Source: a virus (Duplodnaviria > Caudoviricetes). Taken from it: 61,188 nt of DNA. Both the position numbers and the translations under genes were made by a program. The stretch spans positions 1 through 61,188 of IMG/VR virus record IMGVR_UViG_3300021088_000012; one strand, 5' to 3'. Positions within the stretch are counted from its first letter, which is position 1. Each line of letters starts with the position of its first letter. Shown one piece after another: positions 45,713 through 54,774 of the stretch. The notes under the pieces were generated by a model, which saw nothing but the letters and a program-made list of their open reading frames with translations, was not told the DNA's origin and made no database searches.

Positions 45713-47073
45713 ACTACCAGGAATTTATTGAAAGTAAAAGGCACTCCATTGGAAACTTCGGGATAGAACAAGGCATATCCTTAGATGGAATGTTTGATTA
45801 TCAAAAGTATGTTGCAGGGTATGCCATAAAAAAGGGACGTTGTGCTGTTTTCCTTGATACAGGGCTTGGTAAAACGCTGATAGAATTGATTATAGCTCAG
45901 AACTATATTCAGCATACAAATAAGCCGGTTCTTATTATCACTCCATTAGCAGTAGCCTTTCAGTTTATAAAAGAAGCGGAAAAGTTTGGCATTGATGATA
46001 TTGAATATTCAAAGATCGGAAAGTATACAAAAAAGATAGTCATTGCAAATTATGAACGGCTGCATTATTTTGATCCGGCTGATTTTGATTGTGTTATTCT
46101 GGATGAAAGTTCTATACTTAAAAACTTTGATGGGGCAATTCGTGGTGAAATAACTGCCTTTCTGAAGAAAGTAAAATACCGTTACCTATTCACGGCCACC
46201 CCATCCCCGAATGATTTTATTGAATTGGGTACAAGCAGCGAGGCTTTGGGATATTTGGGGTATACCGACATGCTGACCAGGTTCTTTACCAATAACGAGG
46301 ACACTGTAAGCCCTATGAATATAGGTACAGAGTGGATATTAAAGGGGCATGCCAAAGAAAACTTTTTTAAATGGGTATCCGGTTGGTCTATTTCAATGCG
46401 CAAGCCTTCTGATCTTGGATTTGACGACAGCAAACATATCCTTCCAGAATTAAAGGTTAATTACCATTCTGTTAAGAATGAAAAAAATATGATCATTAAC
46501 GGACAGATACAACTATTCAATCAGATAGCCAGGACCAATACGGAAGTTCACGAAGAAAGAAAGTTGACCATTGAACAAAGGTGCGAAAAGGCAGTAGAAT
46601 TAACCAGTGGACATAAGACTTCTGTTTATTGGTGCAATCTAAATCCTGAAGGTGATTTGATAAACCACCTTGATAAAAATGCTTATCAAATTAAAGGAAG
46701 CATGGATATAGATAAGAAGGAAGAATTACTTATTGCTTTCTTCAAGGGAGATATTAAAAAGCTCATCACAAAGCCAAAGATGACAGCCTTTGGCCTCAAT
46801 TGGCAACATTGTAATCATACAGTTTATTTCCCTACTTTCTCTTATGAGCAGTATTACCAGGCGATAAGAAGATTTTGGAGATTCGGGCAGCAAAGATCCG
46901 TTACCGTGGATCTCGTTTATTCAGATGGTCAAAAAAGAGTTTTAGATTCTTTATTGGCAAAAACAGAGAAAGCTAACGAACTTTTTAGTAAATTGAATAG
47001 CAATCTTCACCAGGATTTCAATATCACAAAAAAGGATTTCAACAAAACAATCAATCTTCCAAAATTCTTATAA
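45709..47073 (+). CDS. SNF2-like SF2 helicase
   Basis: DTGLGKT, LDESS, TATPSPND, FGLNWQHC, QAIRRFWRFGQ. Confidence 0.92.
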   Translation: MNYQEFIESKRHSIGNFGIEQGISLDGMFDYQKYVAGYAIKKGRCAVFLDTGLGKTLIELIIAQNYIQHTNKPVLIITPLAVAFQFIKEAEKFGIDDIEYSKIGKYTKKIVIANYERLHYFDPADFDCVILDESSILKNFDGAIRGEITAFLKKVKYRYLFTATPSPNDFIELGTSSEALGYLGYTDMLTRFFTNNEDTVSPMNIGTEWILKGHAKENFFKWVSGWSISMRKPSDLGFDDSKHILPELKVNYHSVKNEKNMIINGQIQLFNQIARTNTEVHEERKLTIEQRCEKAVELTSGHKTSVYWCNLNPEGDLINHLDKNAYQIKGSMDIDKKEELLIAFFKGDIKKLITKPKMTAFGLNWQHCNHTVYFPTFSYEQYYQAIRRFWRFGQQRSVTVDLVYSDGQKRVLDSLLAKTEKANELFSKLNSNLHQDFNITKKDFNKTINLPKFL

Positions 47074-48059
47074 TGATCAAAGAACAAGTTATTACAGATC
47101 AATACGCTTTGTATTGCAGCGATTGCATGTATGTTTTGCCTACCTTGGCAGATGCAAGCATTGACCTTAGTGTTTATAGCCCTCCCTTCGCAGGACTTTA
47201 TAATTATTCCAGTTCAGAAAATGACTTCAGTAATTGTGAAACAAAAGATCAATTTTTGAAGCAATATGATTTTCTGATATCTGAAATAGCCAGGGTAACA
47301 AAGCCGGGCCGAATAACCGCGGTTCATTGTACTGATATCATGGACAGTAAGACAGATCAGCTATGGGATTTTCCACACGAAATAATTAAGCTGCATGAAA
47401 AGTACGGGTTTAAAAATAGAAATAGAATCATCATTTGGAAGGAACCGTTGAAGGTCCGTATGCGTACGATGGTGCGAAGTTTGATGCATAAATTGATTGT
47501 GGAGGATAGCACTGAGTGTTTTACAGCTATGCCGGATTATGTGCTGATCTTTAAAAAAAACGGAGAGAATGAAGTCCCTGTTACTCATCCTGTCGGGCTT
47601 ACCTATTACGCTGGATCAAATCCTATTCTGCCGGAAATGTCAGAGAAGTACGGCACTTTCGAACAATTGATTTCTAAGTACAAAGACTGGAAGGACCCAA
47701 AAACAAATAAACTCAGTCATATCATTTGGCAGCGATATGCCTCTTCTGTTTGGGATGATATCCGAATTGATGAGGTTTTGCAATATAAGGAAGGGAAGGA
47801 TGAGGACGATGAAAAGCACGTTCACCCGCTTCAATTGGATGTTATTGATAGGATTGTAGAATTATATTCCAATCCTGGAGAAATTGTGCTCACTCCTTTC
47901 ATGGGGGTAGGAAGTGAGGTTTTTTCTCCGGTATCAATGGGACGAAAGGCAATCGGAATTGAACTTAAAGATTCTTATTTCAAACAGGCTATTAAGAATA
48001 TGAAAGATGTGAATAGTAGGTTTACCGATAACAATATGCCAAAATTATCTTTCACATGA
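47073..48059 (+). CDS. DNA methyltransferase (N4-C/N6-A, beta class)
   Basis: SVYSPPF, KHVHPLQLDVI, VLTPFMGVGSE, GIELKDSY. Confidence 0.92.
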   Translation: MIKEQVITDQYALYCSDCMYVLPTLADASIDLSVYSPPFAGLYNYSSSENDFSNCETKDQFLKQYDFLISEIARVTKPGRITAVHCTDIMDSKTDQLWDFPHEIIKLHEKYGFKNRNRIIIWKEPLKVRMRTMVRSLMHKLIVEDSTECFTAMPDYVLIFKKNGENEVPVTHPVGLTYYAGSNPILPEMSEKYGTFEQLISKYKDWKDPKTNKLSHIIWQRYASSVWDDIRIDEVLQYKEGKDEDDEKHVHPLQLDVIDRIVELYSNPGEIVLTPFMGVGSEVFSPVSMGRKAIGIELKDSYFKQAIKNMKDVNSRFTDNNMPKLSFT

Positions 48060-48559
48060 GCCTTTGCATTTCACTATCTCAGCCCTACGCCAGCCTTCTG
48101 ATCTCCGGGATTAAGACATTCGAGACCCGATCTTGGAAGCCTGGAGCGCGGAACATGGAGATTATAAAGCGGGAGGGGCTTTTGATCCACGCGAGCCAAT
48201 CTAAAAAGTACGCTCATCTCGCTGGGCAGGCCCCTTTCTGGCAGCATCTTTCCAAAATGGGACGCATACCTTATGGCTGCATCATCGGGCATGTAAGGGT
48301 AGGTAGGGTCATCAAGACGGAAGATTTTTTGGTGGAAGGAATGAATGCTGCTGGTACGGATGAAGAAAAGAACAGAGCCTTTGTTGAAGAAGTAGCTTTT
48401 GGAAATTATTCGCCTGGTCGTTGGGCGTGGGAATTGATTGCACCGGTCGAATTCCCCGAGCCGATCCCGGTGAAGGGGAAACTTTCCTTATGGTCCTGGA
48501 CTCCTCCGAATCCTTCCTATTCACGGATTGCCCGGAAACCTTTAATTTTCGCACCTTGA
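48056..48559 (+). CDS. ASCH-domain protein
   Basis: SLSQPYASLLISGIKTFETRSW, LLIHA, PIPVKGKLSLW. Confidence 0.88.
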   Translation: MSLCISLSQPYASLLISGIKTFETRSWKPGARNMEIIKREGLLIHASQSKKYAHLAGQAPFWQHLSKMGRIPYGCIIGHVRVGRVIKTEDFLVEGMNAAGTDEEKNRAFVEEVAFGNYSPGRWAWELIAPVEFPEPIPVKGKLSLWSWTPPNPSYSRIARKPLIFAP

Positions 48560-48735
48560 ATCAGCAATACACCTACCTGGGGGATAAACTTACGGATGAG
48601 AAGTATCGGGGAGCGATCTGCGAGGCGGTCCGGCGCCCGGACGGTCTTTGCATTCGTGGGCGGGGCTCGATGCTGGTGAGCTTCGGAGGGGTGAAGGTGG
48701 TGGTTATTGCCAGGCTCTTGCGGAAGGTGGTGTAA
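48556..48735 (+). CDS. Small hypothetical protein
   Basis: TTGA-coupled start; YTYLGDKLT...CIRGRGSMLV...RLLRKV. Confidence 0.55.
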   Translation: MNQQYTYLGDKLTDEKYRGAICEAVRRPDGLCIRGRGSMLVSFGGVKVVVIARLLRKVV

Positions 48736-48776
48736 AATTACACAGGTTATTTTAAAACTGCATAAAATGCTTGACG

Positions 48777-49037
48777 ATGCCTAATCAGCAAGAATACGAA
48801 GACTGGGATGACGATATTTACGAAAATGGCACTTGCCCTATCTGCGGTCATTCCCCAGTACAATCCCGAAAATGTGACCAAATACAATGCGAGGATGGAT
48901 TTATTGATGAATCGGATGAGGATTATCTACTTCCAGGAACGGCCATGGTTGCCTGCTCTGAATGCAAAGGGACTGGATTTATAATGTGGTGTCCGGGTTG
49001 CGGGACTGATTTAACGGGCAAGAAATTAGCTTCATGA
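48777..49037 (+). CDS. Zinc-finger protein
   Basis: CPICG, CDQIQC, CSECKGTG, CPGCG. Confidence 0.7.
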   Translation: MPNQQEYEDWDDDIYENGTCPICGHSPVQSRKCDQIQCEDGFIDESDEDYLLPGTAMVACSECKGTGFIMWCPGCGTDLTGKKLAS

Positions 49038-49348
49038 AGATATTCACCAGTAACCGCCCAAAGGGCAGCAAGGGGCCCGGAAGGCTTTCCAGGGGTCCTC
49101 CCGACTCAGGACCGGGGATTTGGTCCGATGGGCGGCCAAACAATTTAATGAAGGATTTCCCGCCCATTGGCCATTTCCGGAAAAGTTCTGAAAAATAAAT
49201 GAAAAATATTTGGAAGTAACGGTTATGAAGAGTAAATTCGCGAATCATTATTATATACGATTTGTCAATATTTATAACGGGGATAATGACAAATCTTTCT
49301 TAACAGAAAAGATTGGCCACTCCGTTATAGTGGTCATTTTTATTTTAT

Positions 49349-49714
49349 ATGGTTACAGTTTACCAGGTTTCTGCAAAATATGCATTAAATAATAATCTTC
49401 CTCCTTTTAGCCGCCATCAACTTTCTGACATTGGAAATTTTATTTCGACTCATTTTAAACATTTTTGGGCTCCAAACCAAACCGATGAGATTATAACTCA
49501 GGCTGGGTTTGTTAGGACTAAAGAAGATGGGAAAAATTATTTGGTATGCGGCTATCCTGATTGCTTTGAAGGCGAGATGATAGCCAGAATTGACGTTTTT
49601 ATAGCCCAAAAAAAAGAGGCAATTGAAAAATTGGCCACTAAAACTTCAGTTATAAGGAAAGGAATTAAAGAGGTTCCCGAAAAGCCAAAACGTAAGCGCA
49701 TTCCGATAAAATAG
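49349..49714 (+). CDS. Hypothetical protein
   Basis: 121-aa ORF with basic KPKRKRI tail. Confidence 0.6.
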   Translation: MVTVYQVSAKYALNNNLPPFSRHQLSDIGNFISTHFKHFWAPNQTDEIITQAGFVRTKEDGKNYLVCGYPDCFEGEMIARIDVFIAQKKEAIEKLATKTSVIRKGIKEVPEKPKRKRIPIK

Positions 49715-49783
49715 TAAAAGATAGGAAATAGGTTCTTTCCCGGTTCTACCCATTCGAAGGCAGGTATTGAAAAATAGTAACCG

Positions 49784-50035
49784 TTGATAATTCACATATA
49801 CGATTTGGCAATTAGTCCGGGCTCTGGCACAACCCCTTTACAACCCGGGACCTCAGATTCGAAAACTGGCCAATTACCCGTAAGGAAGGCGGAGGAAGGT
49901 GAAGGTTATCAATGAAAAAAGGGTCTGTATGTCACCAAACCCCTTTTTTAGTTCACTCAGAATGGAAAGAGTATAATTGCCTTGAGAATGCAAAGATACC
50001 AAAAATTCCTTCTGAGGGAAGAAGGTGGGGTAATT
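49784..50035 (+). ncRNA. Candidate structured non-coding element (multi-stem, possible pseudoknot)
   Basis: Five complementary stem pairs within a ~350-nt gene-free gap. Confidence 0.45.
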
Positions 50036-50061
50036 AATTATAGAGAAAAAAGAGGACAAAA

Positions 50062-50367
50062 ATGACCGATATCACCCAAGGGTTTATCGAACTGGGCATC
50101 AAGCAGGCATCTCTCTGCCGGGAGAATCCAACGGCTTATATAAATACCCTGGTCACCGCCAACAGTCAGAGATTGGTCTTAATGAACGTATACGGATCCA
50201 TGGTGAGGCAGGGCCTTTTAAAAAAGATAGAGGACATGGAGGAATCTGAAAAGCGATCTTACTGGCAAATGGCGAAAGCCGATGCCGGCGGCAGGTTGCC
50301 GGAGGATAAACTGAAAATGCTGTGCCGGTGCCTTTATTGCCTGGATCACCTTTTATCAAATTATTGA
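50062..50367 (+). CDS. Hypothetical protein
   Basis: 101-aa ORF. Confidence 0.6.
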   Translation: MTDITQGFIELGIKQASLCRENPTAYINTLVTANSQRLVLMNVYGSMVRQGLLKKIEDMEESEKRSYWQMAKADAGGRLPEDKLKMLCRCLYCLDHLLSNY

Positions 50368-50369
50368 AA

Positions 50370-50798
50370 ATGCCTATATTAAATTATACTACTAAAATTG
50401 ATCCATGGAAGACTGTAAATGAAGTAGAGCAGATCATGTCAAAGCACAATGTCAGCCATTTCTCGATAAAGAATGAAGGTAGTTGGCCGGTTGCCTTGTC
50501 TTTTACGATCAATCATTTGAATCAGCCTCTTAATTTCTTGCTGCCATGTAATCACGAAGGAGTACTTGAATGTATGAAGAGGGATAGAAAGATTCCAAAA
50601 TCCAGCAAGACGCGGGAACAGGCATTGCGCACAAGTTGGAGAATTATAAAGGATTGGGTAGAGGCCCAACTTGCAATTGTTGATGCCGAGATAATGCCAA
50701 TACAAGAAGTATTTATGTCAAGACTTATAATAAATTCTTCCGGAGAAACCTTATCTGATCATATTCTTCATGGAAATGGGATGAAACTTTTAAATTAA
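50370..50798 (+). CDS. Conserved phage protein (MPILNYTTKI...QALRTSWRIIKDWVEAQLA)
   Basis: Recognisable widespread phage family of unknown function. Confidence 0.75.
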   Translation: MPILNYTTKIDPWKTVNEVEQIMSKHNVSHFSIKNEGSWPVALSFTINHLNQPLNFLLPCNHEGVLECMKRDRKIPKSSKTREQALRTSWRIIKDWVEAQLAIVDAEIMPIQEVFMSRLIINSSGETLSDHILHGNGMKLLN

Positions 50799-51418
50799 TG
50801 GCAAAATCAACTAAACCCCGGGCTGCGTTTCAGATCCCCACCATGCAGGAGGTTATTAAATTCATGGATAAGACCATGAAAGACTGGCCAACTTTGTTTT
50901 GCGAATTTTACGCAAACAAATTTTGGAATTCCTACCAAAGCAAGGGATGGGAAATATCTCGCGGAGTACGCATGAAAGATTGGAAGGCTGCTTTTTTTGC
51001 TCAGTGGAAAGATGTAAAATATAAAGAAGATCGGGAAATGCTAGATAAGTGTCTCCGATCCCTCACCCACCGCTTTCACTTAGACGAACAGAAACGGGCC
51101 TCCGCTGGCATGTTCGCGGAACAGGAGACGGTAGGGGACGTGAAACCCTTTGAGAGGGTCCTACAGTTCCTGGATGGGATACAGGCGGCTTTCTTCGAAG
51201 GAACGGCCACGGAGGCCCAACTCAGGAATGCTTGCGAAACATTGCGGGGATGGAAAATGCTCCGACTTCGAAAGGAGCAGATTGAAAAAATAGTGGTGGA
51301 TCAGGGGAATAACGCCGATTTTGGCAAGCTTCTGGCGATCCGGGCCTTTTTCGGGAATCTGAAGGCATCTGGGCAAACGGTATCCCAGTTTGTGAAAAGT
51401 AAAATGGAAAAAGCATGA
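50798..51418 (+). CDS. Replication-associated protein (Bacteroidetes replisome-organiser C-terminal-like domain)
   Basis: FQIPTMQEV...FWNSYQSKGW...MKDWKAA...W. Confidence 0.6.
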   Translation: MAKSTKPRAAFQIPTMQEVIKFMDKTMKDWPTLFCEFYANKFWNSYQSKGWEISRGVRMKDWKAAFFAQWKDVKYKEDREMLDKCLRSLTHRFHLDEQKRASAGMFAEQETVGDVKPFERVLQFLDGIQAAFFEGTATEAQLRNACETLRGWKMLRLRKEQIEKIVVDQGNNADFGKLLAIRAFFGNLKASGQTVSQFVKSKMEKA

Positions 51419-51624
51419 GCAAAGTATATAGACTGGAAGATGATCTGCTCAGAAAGAGTCGCCCAAAATGGCATTCCAAAAGATATGCTAGGCTATCGGC
51501 TGCACTTCATGCGGCTGGCATCCGAAGCGTAATGGTCAAATGCGAAATATGCGGAACGAGCCTTTTGAATCCTCAATCAATTCTTATCCATCAGGGCGGT
51601 CATTGTCAAAAAAAACAATCATGA
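51415..51624 (+). CDS. Small zinc-finger protein
   Basis: CEICGTSLLNPQSI...GGHC. Confidence 0.6.
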   Translation: MSKVYRLEDDLLRKSRPKWHSKRYARLSAALHAAGIRSVMVKCEICGTSLLNPQSILIHQGGHCQKKQS

Positions 51625-52079
51625 AACGAAATAGCCGTGGATACACCGTAAATGTAGCCGACAACCGGATCATCACTGATGAGGACCGGGTTCATCAGCA
51701 GGTGGTAAAATGGCTGCAGCTAGTTCACAAAGATGTTATGTTCCACTCTGATGCCGCCGGCGAGCTAATGACGGAATCCATGCGAATCCGGCAATCTAAG
51801 GTAAATATGCCAGGAATCAGCTTTCCGGATCTCCAGATCCTGGAGGCCAGGGGGGGGTACTTTGGGATGCTGGTAGAGATAAAAAGGGAGGACGAAACTA
51901 TTTTTAATGGGGCCGGCATGTTCAAAAACGATCATTTAAAGCGCCAGGGGCTCACCCTTATGATGCTGAAGGATCGAAATTACAAGGCCATATTCTCAAA
52001 GGGCTTGGACAACATAATCCGGGAGATCGGTCTTTATTTAGCGATGCCTCCAACTAAATTCAAAAAACATAAGCTTTGA
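51621..52079 (+). CDS. VRR-NUC-domain nuclease
   Basis: EDRVHQQVVKWL, FPDL, GMLVEIK. Confidence 0.82.
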   Translation: MKRNSRGYTVNVADNRIITDEDRVHQQVVKWLQLVHKDVMFHSDAAGELMTESMRIRQSKVNMPGISFPDLQILEARGGYFGMLVEIKREDETIFNGAGMFKNDHLKRQGLTLMMLKDRNYKAIFSKGLDNIIREIGLYLAMPPTKFKKHKL

Positions 52080-52474
52080 AATATTTACTCATCATTTTTC
52101 TCTTTGCGTCCTGTGGACCTTCCAGGGATGCCTCCGGGCATTACTGGAAAGCAAAACAGGTATGGCGAAGGATAACCGCAAAAAAAGACACCATGAACAC
52201 CCCACAACACTACGAGCCGGAAGATCTTGAATTTATCAAAAAGAACGCCGAAACGATGACCGTTCCCGAAATAGCCTTTGAATTGGGCTTGGGGAAAACG
52301 GTAATCTACAATATCGGAAATCGCTATGGGTTGACTTTCAAGGGCGCCCAACCGAAGGCAAAGCCGAAAAAGTACATGAAACACACCTCCTTTGTTCCGG
52401 ATGCGGAGAAGCCTAAAATAGTTCACGTTAAAGGAGAATATAGTAATCATTCCCCTTGGGGATTTGCTTCTTAA
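52076..52474 (+). CDS. HTH protein (alternative start ATG 52193)
   Basis: EDLEFIKKNAETMTVPEIAFELGLGKTVIYN. Confidence 0.6.
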   Translation: MKYLLIIFLFASCGPSRDASGHYWKAKQVWRRITAKKDTMNTPQHYEPEDLEFIKKNAETMTVPEIAFELGLGKTVIYNIGNRYGLTFKGAQPKAKPKKYMKHTSFVPDAEKPKIVHVKGEYSNHSPWGFAS

Positions 52475-52486
52475 ATCGTAAATTGT

Positions 52487-52918
52487 ATGACTTACCTGGA
52501 TTACAGACGGGCTCTAAAACTGGGACAGAAGCCATCTGAGAGCGCAAAGGGTGGAAAGAGCCCTGAAAAGCCCGAAAATGGGGAAGAGGAAGCTAAACCG
52601 GTGAAGCCAGCAAAAAAGACCTATCCGAAGCGAATTGCTAACACTTCAAAGAAAAGGGCGAAGCAGAACCGAAAGTATACACCCATTAAGAAAAAGTTCC
52701 TGGCTGATAACCCGACCTGCCAAGCTCGGTTAGACGGTTGCACCGGACAAAGTACCGACCTTCACCACGCGGCAGGACGCTCTGGGAAGCAACTTCTGAA
52801 GGTGGATGATTTCATAGCTCTCTGCCGGAATTGCCATGATAAAATGGAAATATTGGACAAAGAGGCCCGTGCTGCCGGACTGAAGAAAACCCGATTAGGG
52901 AAACCAAATAAAACGTAA
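52487..52918 (+). CDS. HNH-like Zn-binding nuclease (nin region)
   Basis: C....GCT..STDLHH..GR...FIALCRNCH. Confidence 0.75.
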   Translation: MTYLDYRRALKLGQKPSESAKGGKSPEKPENGEEEAKPVKPAKKTYPKRIANTSKKRAKQNRKYTPIKKKFLADNPTCQARLDGCTGQSTDLHHAAGRSGKQLLKVDDFIALCRNCHDKMEILDKEARAAGLKKTRLGKPNKT

Positions 52919-52921
52919 ATT

Positions 52922-53095
52922 ATGCTAAGTTGCCACGGCTGCACCCCAACGAACTGCCCCTATTACCGGGAATGCTCCAACCTTAATCCAAAAGTAATGC
53001 AGGTCGAAAGGGATCACGCCCCAGGCCCTGAATTTCCTGAAGAGAAACAAAATTCCAGTGGTTGGCCTGAATGGCCGGAAGATTCTGAACTTTAA
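52922..53095 (+). CDS. Small Cys-containing protein
   Basis: MLSCHGCTPTNCPYYREC..., 57 aa read from sequence. Confidence 0.45.
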   Translation: MLSCHGCTPTNCPYYRECSNLNPKVMQVERDHAPGPEFPEEKQNSSGWPEWPEDSEL

Positions 53096-53130
53096 CCATT
53101 AATTCACCAATAACAATAACTAGCTATTTT

Positions 53131-53361
53131 ATGAGTTACTTTTCTTGCAGGAGGCCGGACGAACATCTAAGGGAAGGCCGGGAAGAACGTAGAGAAGAGG
53201 AAAGACGCGAAGAACAGCGTTATGAGCGCCTGCGGATTGAATCCAGACGACAACGTGAACAAGATGAGGAAGATTATTGGGCACAACAGTTTGAAACGCA
53301 GCCTGAATTACAACATCCCGAACAAATCGAACCGGGGCTAATAAGTGATTTACCATTTTAA
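53131..53361 (+). CDS. Charged low-complexity protein ending in DLPF
   Basis: E/R-rich; SSB-tail-like C-terminus. Confidence 0.55.
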   Translation: MSYFSCRRPDEHLREGREERREEERREEQRYERLRIESRRQREQDEEDYWAQQFETQPELQHPEQIEPGLISDLPF

Positions 53362-53373
53362 ACCCTCTTACCA

Positions 53374-53754
53374 ATGGAAAGTAGACAGATAACCCCAGTA
53401 AGCCTAACGGTGGCTGAAGCCATTGAGCAGGGATATAAATATTTTACAGGGAAGGATTACGAAAGCATGTGGACCCTATCAGACGCAAAGGGGATAGAAG
53501 ATTTTGATAAATTTGAATGGTATCTATGTGCTAAGGAGCCAACCATCCTAACCGTTGAACCGTCAGATATTTACGAGGATTTAGCGGAGAACTTTGCCCT
53601 CAATAACGAAGTGGCAGACGACGACGAAAGTTTCCGAGACTTGATAATCGGTGCTGTTGACTGGGATGAAGTTTCCACGATGATTAACGCTGCTCTTAAA
53701 TGCCGCCCGGTATATTTCCCCACTAAAATAAAACTGATTACCAATGGAAAGTAA
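53374..53754 (+). CDS. Hypothetical acidic protein
   Basis: 126-aa ORF. Confidence 0.65.
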   Translation: MESRQITPVSLTVAEAIEQGYKYFTGKDYESMWTLSDAKGIEDFDKFEWYLCAKEPTILTVEPSDIYEDLAENFALNNEVADDDESFRDLIIGAVDWDEVSTMINAALKCRPVYFPTKIKLITNGK

Positions 53755-53760
53755 AGAGAT

Positions 53761-54222
53761 ATGATCCCGCTGATTGAAAAATACCCTTTCAAAAAATTCT
53801 GGGATGCCTTCATGAGGCAGTCTCGGTATTCCTCTCATTGGGATGAAAAAAGAACAGATCAGGATGTTTTCATTCGCAGAACGCTTGGTAAATGGTTTGA
53901 AGGCAAATACTTTCAGGTCATTTTTGATGAATATATTCCTGGCGATCCATTTCCGCTTACCCGAACTGAGCCCTATCGATTCGTGCATACAAAATACGTA
54001 CTTATCGTAAATATTAGGTTTGGCTATACGGCTTACTTTGATCAAATAGTTATACGATTCGTGGAACCGCATTCAACAAAATTACAAGAAATATGGATTA
54101 AGTCCAGTGATTGGTACAATCTATCTATCGAGGAAGACAAGGAAAGCTTCACAATACTTCGGCGCTTTTATCCAATTGAAAAAAAGGAAATTAAACTTCC
54201 GCAATTGTTAACCAGTAAATGA
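53761..54222 (+). CDS. Hypothetical protein
   Basis: 153-aa ORF. Confidence 0.6.
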   Translation: MIPLIEKYPFKKFWDAFMRQSRYSSHWDEKRTDQDVFIRRTLGKWFEGKYFQVIFDEYIPGDPFPLTRTEPYRFVHTKYVLIVNIRFGYTAYFDQIVIRFVEPHSTKLQEIWIKSSDWYNLSIEEDKESFTILRRFYPIEKKEIKLPQLLTSK

Positions 54223-54228
54223 GTAACC

Positions 54229-54426
54229 ATGAATCATCCCGAAGACATCCAACACTGGATCGATACGACCCATTTGGCTAAAAAACTTTCTGAGAATAAG
54301 ACCTTTGAGGAAGGGCTGGAAGAATTAGCCGAAGTGACCTCCCGGGAGACCGGCTTCCGTCTGGAAGAATGCAGGCGCATGATCCGGTCCCTGGAAAAGG
54401 TCATTGAGCGCCAGGATGGATTCTAG
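54229..54426 (+). CDS. Hypothetical protein
   Basis: 65-aa ORF. Confidence 0.5.
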   Translation: MNHPEDIQHWIDTTHLAKKLSENKTFEEGLEELAEVTSRETGFRLEECRRMIRSLEKVIERQDGF

Positions 54427-54713
54427 TAGATGATATTACTCCTGAAGATAAATGGTTCCGGGAGGGATTCGTAAATGCAGAGAATTTATTCGAAGGCACT
54501 TATGAACTTATCGGCCCCCGGATAAATGGCAATCCAGAAAAAGAATTAGTTCATCGATTAATTCCTCATGGTGATTATATATTGGAAGCTCCGCGAACCT
54601 TTAATGAATTAAAAGAATGGTTCAAGGATCAGGACATTGAGGGCATTGTCTGGCATCACCCGGACGGAAGAATGATAAAACTGAAAAAACGTGATTTCGG
54701 CTATAAACGGTAA
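54408..54713 (+). pseudogene. Start-less C-terminal remnant of an RNA-ligase-like (DUF5565-type) gene
   Basis: PGW...PEDKWF...GTYELIGPRINGNPE...LIPHG...IEGIVWHHPDGRMIKLKKRDFG; in-frame TGA at 54405-54407 and no usable start. Confidence 0.72.
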
Positions 54714-54774
54714 AAAATAACAATTCCTTTCCCTCACCCTTCCTTACCTTTACTTCACCTTTTAAAAATCTACC

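Noticed and set aside
45709-48059. Helicase plus methylase as a restriction-modification defence system
   Set aside because: No restriction nuclease is adjacent, and this pair is common in phage early/middle regions.
54405-54407. Genome-wide stop-codon reassignment (TGA readthrough)
   Set aside because: TGA is used widely as a stop in ATGA overlaps, and long genes are intact under the standard code.
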